Below are positions 1 to 24,058 of a stretch of DNA of 64,000 nt, in pieces. Each line of letters opens with the position of its first letter. Positions within the stretch are counted from its first letter, which is position 1. This stretch comes from Salpingoeca rosetta (taxonomy: Eukaryota; Protista; Choanoflagellata). The DNA is taken from assembly GCA_033442325.1 (NCBI GenBank), contig JAWQFM010000027.1:999251-1063250 (forward strand). Direction: 5' to 3'. The position numbers and the translations under genes are program-made. The notes beneath the pieces were generated by a model that was given only the letters and a program-made list of their open reading frames with translations, searched no databases and was not told the DNA's origin.

Positions 1-219
1 GAGTTTTTGTTTCATCCATGCGATCCTTGATTCGTCCTTGATTCGTGTTCGGGCCTGACGCCTTTCTGTGACCCTTTCGTCACTGCTCGACCGCTGATTT
101 CTATGTGATGCCGCCAGGGTTTTGAAGACTGGCAAGAAGCTTGGATTCACGCAAGTGGACATTGCACGCAAGAGCGACAGTGCGTTGTACCATGTGCATG
201 TGTGTGAGTGTGCGTGCGC

Positions 220-250
<31 letters not shown>

Positions 251-885
251 AGTGCGTGAGTGTGTGAGTGTGTGAGTGTGTGAGTGAGTGTGAGTGAGTG
301 TGAGTGTGTGAATGAGCACAAGTGTGAGTGAGCACAAGTGTGAGTGAGCACAAGTGTGAGTGAGTGTGAGTGAGTTCATCAACCTCTTTATGTCTGGTGC
401 ATGCGCACTTGACTTGTACCACTAACCCCTTTGCTCACTCTCACCACTCACACCCACCACAACATTGCCCCCCCCCACCCATCACACACACACGTCAGAT
501 GAAGTGTTGGTGACTGGGCGGCACACAAAGGCGTTGTGATGCGACGCAGCATGCAGTTTGCAGGTGCAATTTGGGGAATAACGGAGGGCAAGAGCGAGCC
601 GGCGATTTGAGAGCAAATGAGGCACATATGCGTGTAGATGTGGGTGGCAAAAAAGAAACAAGCAGCAAGCGCGGCAACAAGAGCGGCTGCCAAAGGCACC
701 AGGTCACATGTTCTAGCGGCAGGGAGCAGATACAACAAGACCAAAGCGGGATGCGGCAGCACAACAGGGATGTGATGAGATGATGAAGACGAACGAGAAG
801 AAGAAAATGATGATGATGACGATGATGATGCGAAGAGCAATGGGAAGCAGGCCGTGTGTGTGTGCGCGCGCGTGTGTGTGTCGAT

Positions 886-12503
<11,618 letters not shown>

Positions 12504-12684
12504 CTCTGGCGGTGTTTGTGTGGCGAAAATAGATTGAAAACTTTCACCATTTCTCCGCAAATCGCACAGCCAAACCAACAGCTGGCGGTGACGCAAAGTC
12601 GTCACAGCACCCCCACCACAGCACCACCTCAACTCCTCCTTGTCCTCCTTTGTTTTGCGAGAGGACACAGTGAAGGAGAGAAGA
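12504..12684. promoter_or_regulatory. Putative bidirectional promoter/5'UTR region between head-to-head genes
   Basis: Only 181 nt separate the WASHC5 ATG (12503, -) from the kinase ATG (12685, +). No motif was identified. Confidence 0.5.
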
Positions 12685-12784
12685 ATGGGGCGGCCGCTGC
12701 TGTGGTCGGCGATCTACCTCTTCGCTTTCGCCTTTGCCACCGTCATTGCCTGCAGCGAAACAGCACAAGCGGCAGCCGATGAGA

Positions 12785-12872
<88 letters not shown>

Positions 12873-12873
12873 G

Positions 12874-12954
<81 letters not shown>

Positions 12955-15900
12955 AAATGGACTGGTTGTTTAAACCTACGTGCGACTTTGTGCATTTTGT
13001 CTGCCTGCGCGCTTTTCCCAATGCGCTGGACACGAGTGCTCACACGTGCTTGTATCCACTCCCATCCCTCCACTCACCCCACATCCACACCCGTCCCTCC
13101 ACTCACCCCACAACTACAACAGCTGCCTCTGTGTGGGCACGTGGACACGACGCTGGCGCAGCTCGAAACGACCTTGACGCGCCATGGCGTGCCATTCACC
13201 ACGTCCACGCAGCAGCAGCAGCAGCAGCCACGGACAGCAGACAGCAATGCCACGGCGCGCTCCGTGCACGCAAATCGTCCAGCAGTCTTAATTGACCTGT
13301 CATCCATCCAGGACATGATGCGCGCGTTTGGGTGTCCAGCAACCGCAACACGCAACGCCGTGACGCACACCACCGTGACGCACACCACCAAGGAGCACAC
13401 CACCAAGGAGCAGACAACCCGTAATCCAACACCGTCGCCCAACGCCACAGCCGAATCTGAGACCATAATCAATCCACAGCTGGCACATGCACAGGAACAC
13501 CAGCAACGCCGCGAGCTCTTGCGGCTGCAGACTCGTAGTCGTGAGCGACGTGCGAGCACACCGTCACAATCAGGAGCGTGCACACTGGCCAGCATCCTCA
13601 GCGACACGTGTGCCGCTGGTACCGATAACATCACCCTGACCATCACGTTTGATGGCAGCGAGCAGATCAACGGCACCATCGACAACTTCCCGCTGCTCAG
13701 GATCTCCGCCAACATCGCCACGCTCATCCTCAGGGGCACGGTGCACGAGCCGCAGCTGCAGTGGGTGCTGGACAACGGCAACTGGGACGCATGTTTCTTC
13801 TTCATCTTGGAGGGCCTGCAGTTTGACACCTTCCGCCTGAGTACGCTGCATCGGTTCCTGAGCCTGCGGGGTGTCCGCCTCCAACGCACCGCCATGCTCC
13901 AGGCCGTGGACACGCACAACTTCCCGCAGGCGGGGCAGATCCGCCGGCTTGACATCCATAACACCTCCCTGGCCACCATCCCATCCCTCGCCAACTTCAC
14001 GTCCCTGCAGGTCCTGGACATGTACGACAACCGCATTCGACACGTGAGCAAGGATGCCTTTGCCGGCCTGACGGCCCTCAGCAACCTGTTTATGGACGGT
14101 AACCTCATATCCCGCATCGATCGCGGTGCATTTGCGGAAGCAACAGCGCTGACGGAGCTGGTGCTGAGTGACAACGACATCACGGCCGTCCCCGAAGGCC
14201 TGCTGCATCCCCTCATGCGGCTCACCGTGCTCAAGCTCCAGCACAATCCAATGCGCGAGCTGGACCCGGACGTGTTTGGCAGCCTCACATCCATCCGTCT
14301 CCTTGTCCTCAGCAGCACCCTCATCACCAGCCTGCCCACCGGCATCTTCGCTGCCGCCACCCGCCTCACCGACCTCGACCTTGCACACAACCTGCTCACG
14401 TCCCTGCCCGAGACCATCTTCTCTGGCCTGTCGCTGCTGGACGAGGTGCAGCTGTTCAGCAATCGCCTGACATCCCTGCCACCACAGCTGTTCAGGGAGC
14501 AGACGGCCCTCACACGCCTCTCGCTCGACCACAACCGAATCAAGTACCTGCCCCCCTCGCTCTTCGACACGTGCAGCGAGCTCCGCTTCGTTATCTGCAG
14601 CAACAACGGGCTGCAGACCATCCCGCCCCGCCTGTTCCCCAACAGCCCGCACATGGTGCGCATTAACTTCGCCAACAACGCGCTGCGCGCTGTGGACGGC
14701 CTCTTTGACGGCTCGGCGCTGTCCGCGCTGGTTGCGCTCGACCTGGAGGGAAACCGGTTGACACAGCTGCACATTCCCACCCCGCTCCCGTCACTGCGCA
14801 GCCTCATCCTCAGCCGCAACCCGGTACAGCACGTCCCAAACACGAAGATGGTGCCGGAGCTTGGGGAGCTGCGCATGCAGGGCCACCACATCAAGCGCCT
14901 GGACCTCACCCCGCTGCTGAGCCTGCAGCGCATTGGCACGCTGGATGTGAGCGCCGCTGGTCACGTCCACAGCACTGCCATGCTGGACGCTGCTGCCGTG
15001 AGTGTGTCCCCGGCCCTCCACGCCCTGAGCGCCACCAACGTGGACCTGAGCAGCGTGCTCGGTGTGCTGCAACAGCTGCCGTCGCTTCAGCTGCACGAGC
15101 TCGGCGTTGGCTGGCCCGGCGCCGACGAGACCACGCTGCCAGTCTCGCTGCTGTGCCACGTGCTGGCAGACGACGTGGATGTGCTGCGGCTCCCGCGTGT
15201 CAACCACGCATCCATTGAGCTGTGCTCCGACAAGCGGTTTGACACCGTTCAGCTGCAGGGCAACGGGCACCTGCGCTCCGTCAACATCCCCACGACACTC
15301 AAGGAGCTCAATGTGTCCGATTGCACGCAGCTCACGTCCATCACGGTGCCGTTTGTCGACATCCTGGACATCAGCAACACGCGCGTGCAACTGAATGCGG
15401 CGCTGTGCACGCGCTGGGGACGGCGCATCCTGTTTGCCCGCAACCTGGACCCGGTGTTTGTTGACTTGCAGTACGCCCTGTCTGCTATGGGCACGTGCCT
15501 GGACAACGTCGACATCCTCGACCTCTCCGGCAATGCGTGGCTCGACAGCCCACAGGAGGTGAACCGGGTGGTGAGCAACGACATTGCGCTGTCGGACCTG
15601 CTGTTCATCACGGCCAACTTCTTCACCATCCGCTCGCGGCCGACCCCGCCCATCCTGCAGCTGCAGTCGTCGCCCGTCGACTGCGCCATTGCTGTCTCCA
15701 ACCAAGAGCTGCGGCGCCGTACAGACACCGCCATTGTGTCAAACGAGATTGTCTACTCCTTCCACTGCACGTGTGCGCGCGGATACAAGATGACATCGGG
15801 TGGGCGGTGCGTGGTGGACAACCCAGATGTTGCGGGCATCGCTGCTGGTTCTGTCATTGGCGGCCTTGCCCTTGGCTTGCTCATGGCGTGGTTGTCACGC

Positions 15901-16476
15901 CGCTACCGTGGCCTGACCAAGCGCATCGACCTGCAGGAGCAGCTGCTAGTGGAACGAGATGAAGAGGTGATGGCGCTGAAGAAGGCGTGGGAGATTGAGT
16001 ACGATGAGCTGAGACTGGTTGAGCGTGTGGCTGCGGGTGCGTTTGGCGTGGTGTTCAAGGCGGAGTGGGACACAGTCACAGTGGCGGTGAAGGTGTTGCA
16101 GCAAGCCGTCATGGCATTTGACGAGAGCACGGTGCTTGAGTTTGAGAAGGAGGTGGAGTTTCTGCAGCGGACACGGCACCCGCACGTGGTGCGGTTCTTT
16201 GGCGCGGGCACAGATCCCAACGGCAGCCCGTTCCTGGTGCTGGAGTTTGTTGCTCTGGGGTCACTCAAGGACCTGTTGGGGAAGGACTTGGAGGGGGTGC
16301 TGAGGGAGATGGAACAACATGCTGGTGATGACAATCATGATGTGGTTCTCAGAGCCAGCAGGGATGGTGCTGATTGGGTGTGGGCGCTGAAGACACGTTT
16401 GCTCCGCGACATTGCCAGTGGCATGGCCTTTATCCACAGCCTGGATCAAGTACACAGGTGCGTGTAAGGGGAGAGT

Positions 16477-16558
<82 letters not shown>

Positions 16559-17274
16559 TGCGTTGGCGTATGTGGGTGGTTGGGTGTGTGCGCGTGTGTG
16601 TGTGAGTGAGTGAGTGTACATGCATGTGCCTGTGTGTTTGGGTGCAGGCACGTGCCTCTTGCAGATCGCCCATCCTAGCCTCACCCCTCTCATCAACACC
16701 ACATCCGCAGAGACCTGAAGAGTGGCAATGTGCTGGTAAACTCAAAGCTGCGCGCCAAGATTACCGACTTTGGGTCCATTCGCCAATGCCTGACGCGTGG
16801 CCGCGGTGGAAGTGTGCATGCAGGCAACGAAGCACAGCGAGCTGGTCTCCTTTCCAGCTCAGACGAAGCTGGTGATCTGCAGTACTCGCGCCAGGCCGGG
16901 CTGACCACGCAGATGAACCTGACGATGACGGCTGGCGTGGGCACGCCGCTGTACATGGCACCCGAGGCGATTGTTGGTGACAAGTACAACGCCAAAGCAG
17001 ACGTGTTCAGCTTTGGCGTGCTGATGTGGGAGGTGGCGACCCAACGTGTGCCTGACTTGATTGAGCAGGAGAAAGGCAGTGACTTCAGAGGACCCCTGCT
17101 CCCCGCACTCGCAGAGCTGCTGCTTGAAGGCAAACGCCTTCGGTTCGAAGATCACGGTGCGTGTGTGTGTGTGTGTGTGTGTGTCTGTGTGTGTGTCTGT
17201 GTTTGTGTGTGTGTGTGTCTGTGTCTGTGTGTCTGTGTGTGAGTGTCTGTGTGTCTGTGTGTCTGTGAGTGTGC

Positions 17275-17320
<46 letters not shown>

Positions 17321-17505
17321 GTGTGTGCATCCTTGCCATCGTGCGCTTGCACATTCACTGACCAACTTTCTGCACATGTGCATACAATCCTTGAGCAGAT
17401 GGTGTGCCGGAGTGGTTCCAGACGCTCACCAGCAAGTGTGTCCACGAAGATCCACAGCGACGGCCGACATTTGCCGAGCTGGAGGCACATCACCTGAATG
17501 CCTGA
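12685..17505 (+). CDS. LRR receptor-like protein kinase of the TKL group (signal peptide, LRR ectodomain, Cys-rich juxtamembrane segment, TM, kinase). Exons about 12685-12786, 13123-16457, 16711-17156, 17399-17505
   Basis: Signal peptide MGRPLLWSAIYLFAFAFATVIAC. 24-aa LRRs such as LTDLDLAHNLLTSLPETIFSGL. CTCARGY..C precedes the TM IAAGSVIGGLALGLLMAWL. Kinase motifs are AGAFGVV, VAVK, H(R|)DLKSGN spliced across 16457/16711, DFG, GTPLYMAPE, DVFSFG and RRPTF. TGA at 17503-17505. Confidence 0.92.
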
Positions 17506-17518
17506 CATTGTGTTTGTA

Positions 17519-17562
<44 letters not shown>

Positions 17563-17581
17563 TGTCTATCTGTCTATCTGT

Positions 17582-17763
17582 CTATCTGTCTGCCTGTGTC
17601 TGTGCCTGCATGTTACTCTGCCTGCCTGTGTTATGTTACTAGCTCGTGGTCTGTCTATCTGTCTATCTGTCTATCTGTCTGTCTGTGTCTGTACGTCTAT
17701 CTGTCTGCCTGTGTCTGTGCCTGCATGTTACTCTGCCTGCCTGTGTTATGTTACTAGCTCGTG
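17582..17763. repeat. About 65-bp direct repeat (two copies, period about 115) with (TCTA/TCTG)n, in the kinase 3' region
   Basis: ctatctgtctgcctgtgtctgtgcctgcatgttactctgcctgcctgtgttatgttactagctcgtg occurs at about 17582 and 17697. Confidence 0.85.
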
Positions 17764-18047
17764 CGTGTGTGTATGTTTCGCCTGTGCGATTAGCTGACTG
17801 ATGCCTTGCTTGTGATCGACCCTGCCTGTCCCAATAGGAGCATCATTGTACCGTTACAAATGAACACTTTTGTTTATTGAAGCAGTGGAGAAGGGTGAGG
17901 GAACGGCAAGTGACGCGAAGGGGCAGCAATGTAACGATGTCAAAGATAGGGAACTCGATCCGGACGTTGTCCTCCAGGAACAGAGCAAACAAACGAACCG
18001 ACAGACGAACAATTCAAGCACACATGCGCACACACACCAACACACAA

Positions 18048-18080
<33 letters not shown>

Positions 18081-18170
18081 CACAAACACAAAAACACACA
18101 CACACACAAACACACAAACACAAAACACACACAAACCAATCAATCCAACCCCAACTCCCGTCTTTTCCTC

Positions 18171-20654
18171 TCAGCAAATGAGGCAAGTGTCGACACAGTT
18201 GCTGAGAGTGAGGGTGTCAGGGTTGCCACGCACGCAGACGCAGTCGCCGGTGGCAAGAAGGCCGTGGCAGTCGAGGGATGTGAGTGCGTTGTTCTGCACA
18301 TCAAGGTTGCCCGTGATGTTGGCGATGCCGCTGAGGTCAATGCTCTCCAGGTTGTTGTTGTCGACGTTGAGGGTGCCCTCGATGAAGGTGAGCTGGCCAA
18401 AGTTGATGCTAGTCAGGGCGTTGTTGCTCAGGTGCAGGTCTTTGTCAAACGTGGCACCCGGCACGCCAACGCCGGCGATGCTGCCAAAGTTGATGCTGGT
18501 GAGCGCAGAGTCGGTAATGCTGAAGGTGTCGATGCGGCCGGCGACGCCGCGGAAGTTGACGCCCACGAGAGCGGTGTCGTCGATGGCGAGCGAGCGAATG
18601 GCAGTCACCGAGCCAAAGTCGACCGTGGTCAGGTGCGGGTTGTTGGACAAGTCAATCTCACCGCCAGTCGTGTCGTCACCGCTGGTTTCACCGATGCGCG
18701 CCACGTTCTTGAAGTTGATCTCGGTGACGGCCGTGTCGCGAATGGTCACGTCGCCGCCAATGGCGGTGACTGCGCCAAAGTCGACAGCGGTGACCTTGCC
18801 CGCACCGCGGAGGTTGAGGTCGCCTGTCACCGTGCGCAGGTTTGCAAGATTGACGCTGGTCAGGCCCGTGGCGTCACGGAGGTCCAGATCGCCCTCGAAC
18901 GACGTCAGCGCACCAAAGTCGATGGCCGTGAGCGTGCTGACCCGCGACAGGTCCAGCACTCCGCCCACGCGCTCCACGTTGGCAAAGTCGAGGCTGGAGA
19001 GCGCCGTGCTGCGCAGGGACACGGCACCGCCAATGTGTGTGGCGGACGCGATGTTGAGGGACACAAGGCTGTCGATGCTGCTGGCGCTGAGGGTACCGCC
19101 GATTCGCGTCACGCTGGGGAGATCGAGATTAGTCAGGGCAGTGCTGCGCACGTCCACGTCGCCGTGCACGGCAGCGAGAGCGGGGAAGGCGATGGAGGTG
19201 AGTGAGGGCGTGGAGGCAAGCCGCACGTCACCGCCAACACTGACGAGCTTGGGGAAAGCAACGCCGGTTAGGCCCGTGTTGGAGAGGACGAGGTTTCCGC
19301 CCACCACCTCGAGGGCGCTGGCGTCGATGGTGGTGAGGCCAGTCACGCCAAACGCCTGCAGATTCCCCGTGATGTTGGTGAGGCTGGCAATGTTGACGGA
19401 GGTGACCTGGGTGCCGGTGAGCTGCAGGTTGCTGATGGCGGTGAGGGAGCGCAGGTCGAGCGCGGTGAGGGAGCCCAGGCCCGATGGCTCAAACCGCCCG
19501 CCGAGGTGGGCCAGGCTGGACAGCTCCATGGAGGTGAGCGCCGTGCTCAAGAGCACGATGTTGCCGCCTACAAAGGTGAGGGACCCGGCGTTAACGGCGG
19601 CGAGGACGGGCTGCTGGAAGGGCATGAACGTGCCGGCCTCAAGATGGCGGCCGATGCGGGTGAGGCTGGGCAGGTCCAGGGTGGTGATGAATGTGTCGCG
19701 GAGGTTCAGGTCCTGCCCAACCTCCTGCAATGCGGGGAGGTCGATGGCGGTGACGGACGTGGCCTGCAGAGAGATGATGCCACTGACGGTTGCGAGGCTG
19801 GGCAGGGCGAGAGCGGTGAGCTGGGTGCGGGACAGGTCGAGGTGGCCGTCGATGGACTTGAGGGCGTTGAAGTTGATGGACTCGAGCGTGGCCATGCCGC
19901 GGAAGTCGCCTGGGATGGCCTGCACGCTGCCAAAGTCCATGGTGGTGAAGAGGGAGTGGGCGAGATTGAGCGTGCCCTGGATGGCGGTGAGGGCGCCAAA
20001 GTTGACGGCTGCGGATGCCTGGATGAAGCTGAGGTCGATAGCGTCGCCGACGCTCTCGAGGTTGCCAAAGTCAATGGTGGTGGGCACGGTGAAGCTGAGG
20101 GTGAGCGCGTGGCCGATGCTGGTGAGGGCCGGTGCTTCGATGGAGGTGAGGGTGGTGATGCGGCTGATATCGAGGGCGCCGCCGACAGACTGGAGCTGAC
20201 CAAGGCTGACTTGCGTAAGCTCGTTGCCTCTGAGGGCGAGGTGGCCTCCGATGGCCGTGAGGCTGCCAAAGTCGATAGTGCTGATTTCGTTGTTTGCGAG
20301 GTTGACTGCGCCACCAATCACCAGGACGCCCTCGAACACGACCGACTGCAGCCTACCGCGGACAATGCCGTTGTTGTACGAGTTGATGTTGCCGCGAATG
20401 GACTGCACAGCCCCGAAGCGCAGCCGGGTTGTGTCCTGTGCCATGGTGATGGAGCCAATCACGCGCTCAAGCGCATAAAACTCCTCGCAGCAGCACTCGG
20501 TGACGTCGATGACCGCGGACACGCCGGAGTTCCTCACGGCTGCGCGGGACTCTGAATCGTTGCAGTTGAGCGACGGGTATTGTTCTTGCGGAACTGTATT
20601 TGGGAACAGCGTTACAGGGTTCGGGTCATCGTCATCGTCGGCGTTGTTGTTATG

Positions 20655-20685
<31 letters not shown>

Positions 20686-21029
20686 CCACCTTGGCTGTTT
20701 TTGGAGCCTCCAGCACCGTTGTTACGGCCACCGCCACCGACAGAGGTCACTGCCACGGGCACGGCAATCAAGATGACAACGACGGCCACGGCAGCTGCGA
20801 TGAGCAGTGCTTTCTGATGCTTGGTCCAGAACGAAGCGCCAGCACCATAGGTATGGCTATGGAACGACGAGGACACCTTCGTGCTGGTTGTTGGCGGGTG
20901 CTCGCCATCGAACGCCGGGTTGCTGAACAGCGCGTACGTGGCCTCATCAACGTTTCCTCCCTCGTCCACCACGGACACACCTCCACCATGGTCGAGGTGA
21001 AGCAGTGACCGCTCACTGTCGTCCTCCAT
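18171..21029 (-). CDS. Intronless 952-aa type II membrane protein with a long array of about 22-aa solenoid repeats (receptor L-domain/Ecm33/BspA-like LRR)
   Basis: Single ORF. An N-terminal tail of about 70 aa is followed by the TM ALLIAAAVAVVVILIAVPVAV and a G/N-rich linker. Then come roughly 30 repeats of consensus L..IGG.L.L..T.LT.IDFG.L, with Cys-containing caps at both ends. Confidence 0.85.
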
Positions 21030-21090
21030 CCTGACGCGATTGTTGGAGGGAAGGGAAGAAGGGAAGCGGCTGGCTCGGCGTTGGGCTTAG

Positions 21091-21169
21091 GGGTGAGTGC
21101 GTGGGTGAGTGCGTGGGTGAGTGCGTGGGTGAGTGCGTGGGTGAGTGCGTGGGTGAGTGCGTGAGTGCG
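21091..21169. repeat. 12-bp tandem repeat (GGTGAGTGCGTG) x about 6, upstream of the L-domain-like gene
   Basis: Directly visible, about 60 nt 5' of the ATG at 21029. Confidence 0.85.
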
Positions 21170-22191
21170 TTGGCGGCTAGGGAGAAGCCTGGAAAAGCAG
21201 GGAGGGTGGGGGCTGGCGTCCCTGCGTGCGTGGGTGCGTGAGGCAGTGTCTGACAGTGGCGGCAAGCTGGAAGGAGAGTGCTGAGCACGCAAGTCCTCAA
21301 CAGGACAGCTGGGACGATGCGCGACTTTTGTTTGCGAGGCGTGTGTGGGGCCTGCAGAGGATTGAGGAAGCCTTGCCGCAATTTTCAGTTTGTTTGGTTT
21401 TGAGGGGCCAGGGAACAAAGGTGCTTTGTTATACAATTCGATGCATGAAATACGGGAGCTGTTGCTCTGCATTGTGTGGGAAACGTGCATTACTTTACCA
21501 TCGTATGATGATGAGTCAACCGCACGTCTGCGAGAAGTGTTGCCGCGGTAAGCCAGCAAAGCAAGCAAGATGAACAGAGAAACTGTCGAGTGAGCAGCAA
21601 CATGATGTTGAGCGAGATGAATGCGATGTGTGATGGGAGGCAAGGTGATGGGAGGAGAGGCGTGTGCGTATGAGAGGAGGGCGGGAAGAGCACCAATGCA
21701 CTCGAAGGAGAGTCCATTTCCTTACACGACCTTTGCCTGCCCCTTAACACAGATGGCACGTTCCGGCGGTCTGCACGGGCACAGCGTCAGTTCCTGTCAA
21801 GAACAGCGACAGACACGCTCAAGGTTATCACGGATGTGCTTGATTGCTTGGTTGGACCTGTGCGCCGGCCACAGGCTGTTGCTATTGTTGTTTGGTTAGT
21901 GCTGCTGTTGCTGAAACTCCATCGTGAATGCTGCTCCTGTTGACGCAAGCCCACAGCTGATCCCTGTTGTGTGTGCATTTGCGTTTCTGTGTGTCTGCAG
22001 AAATATGCGCTGCATCGGCATGTTGTGAAGCGGGCGTCTGCAGCCTTGCAGCGGCAGTCGAGCGAGATTACCCGCAGCATGGCTGCCATGACCACATCCG
22101 TTGTCCTCAGCCCAAGTGCGTTTGTGTGTGTGTGTGTGTGTGTGTGCGTGTGTGTGTGTGTTCGTTTGTGTGTGCGTGTGTGTGTGCGTGC

Positions 22192-22243
<52 letters not shown>

Positions 22244-22409
22244 GTGTGCGTGTGTGTGTTCGTTTGTAGCTTTGGGGTGGCGTGAGCTGTGGTTTTGGTG
22301 TTGCCGCTGTGCGCCGTCGGTGTCCTCGCTCTGAGGTTTCATCATCTCCTCTCGACACACTGGCCAGCAAAGGCCCTTTTTGTTCTGCGCCTCACCTTCT
22401 TGGCTTTCA

Positions 22410-22534
22410 ATGATGGCTGCAGCTGTGTCGACACAGGTAAAGGGCGACCCCCACGAGATGATGCACGTTCCCAAGACGGGAGAAGAGAGCGCAGCCAACT
22501 GGATCAACCTCTCATCAGAAACGTATCGTGTGTG

Positions 22535-22627
<93 letters not shown>

Positions 22628-24017
22628 GCCAACGTGCGCCTGCATGTGTGTCGTGCAAATACCGATGTTCAGTTGACCATCGCTGTCACCGTGCTGCGCG
22701 CTGCAGGTTTGCTGAGAAGCTACAACGGCTGGACAACATCAAGGCCGAGATATCTCACATCAAACAGCGCATGAACGCGTGCGTCGCTTTGAACACCGCT
22801 GTACCCTGTCTGCTGGAGACTCACACACGTCAGGCACACGTCGAGCACGAATTCACTCGTTTCCACACGAGCACACACACACACACATACACACACAGAC
22901 CTTGACTACGCGCTTACTCATTCACACACACACGCACACATCATGCACTGCAGGAAGGAGCACGAGATTGGGCTGCGGCGGGCGCTGCTGCGGAAGATTG
23001 AGGCCAGCGCACGCATGACACACGTGCGCGAATACCGAAACGCCTGCATCACTGCCGTGCACGGAGGTGTGTGTGTGTATGTTTGCATCGACTTGCTACA
23101 CGTGTGTGCATGTGCTTGCATTGCTGTTTGGGGTGCACTCGACCTCACGCCGTTCGTGACTGCAGACGAGCAAGCGGCGGAGATGCAGCGCAAACGCATC
23201 AGCGACGCAACAGATCGCATTGCTCGCCTCAAACGTCTCTGCCAAACATACAAACGTGGGTGTGACGGGCTGTCAGGTCGTGTCGCGTGCTACCACTTGC
23301 TTGTGCGCGCTCTTTGTTGGTTTTTGGTGTCATACCAACATGCACACACACACATGTACATGTACGCGCCGCTGTGCCCTGCAGGACTGCTGCCTGCGCT
23401 CGATTCGCTGCTGGTGGTTGACAGCAACGATGAACAGGAGCAGGGGGAGACACTGCGTGAATTCTCAAGCAGGTGACGTGTCGTGATGGTGCTGTTCGGT
23501 GCTGTTGTGCTTGGTGTTCGATGCCCTTGCTTGTGCCTGCGCTGACTGTCCGTGCTGCCCGTGCCCACTGCGCCGCCGCCGCCGCCTCCACGTCTTAGGA
23601 TGACGGAGGAGTTTGAGCAGGCGAAAGCATCCGATGGGCGCCCGCACGAGCACGCCATCATGCATCTCATCGACCAGTCGTTCCAGGTTTGTAGGTGTGT
23701 GTGTATGTGTGTGTGTATGTGTGTGTATGTGTGTGTATGTGTGTGTGTCGGGCAATACCTGTTTCGTTATGTATTCGGCATCATACACTCACCTCTTCCC
23801 CCATTCATTGGCGATCAGGACCCGACACCGCCGCTCGCCGTTGATCGCGTGCGCGTCCCCGACGATTCTCCGCACGCCGAAGGTCTGATCACATATCCTA
23901 TGTCTCATGCACCTGCTGCTGGCTGCCGTGGCTCGGAAGCTTTGCGATTGTTTTTGTTGTTTGCTCAGTAGTCGTTGGCATGCACACACACACACACACA
24001 CACACGCACACACACAC

Positions 24018-24058
<41 letters not shown>

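Noticed and set aside
18178-20555. Long + strand ORFs (673 aa, 349 aa) and the 621-aa - strand ORF at 13074-14939
   Set aside because: Antisense shadows of GC-rich, codon-biased real genes. They show no independent motifs.
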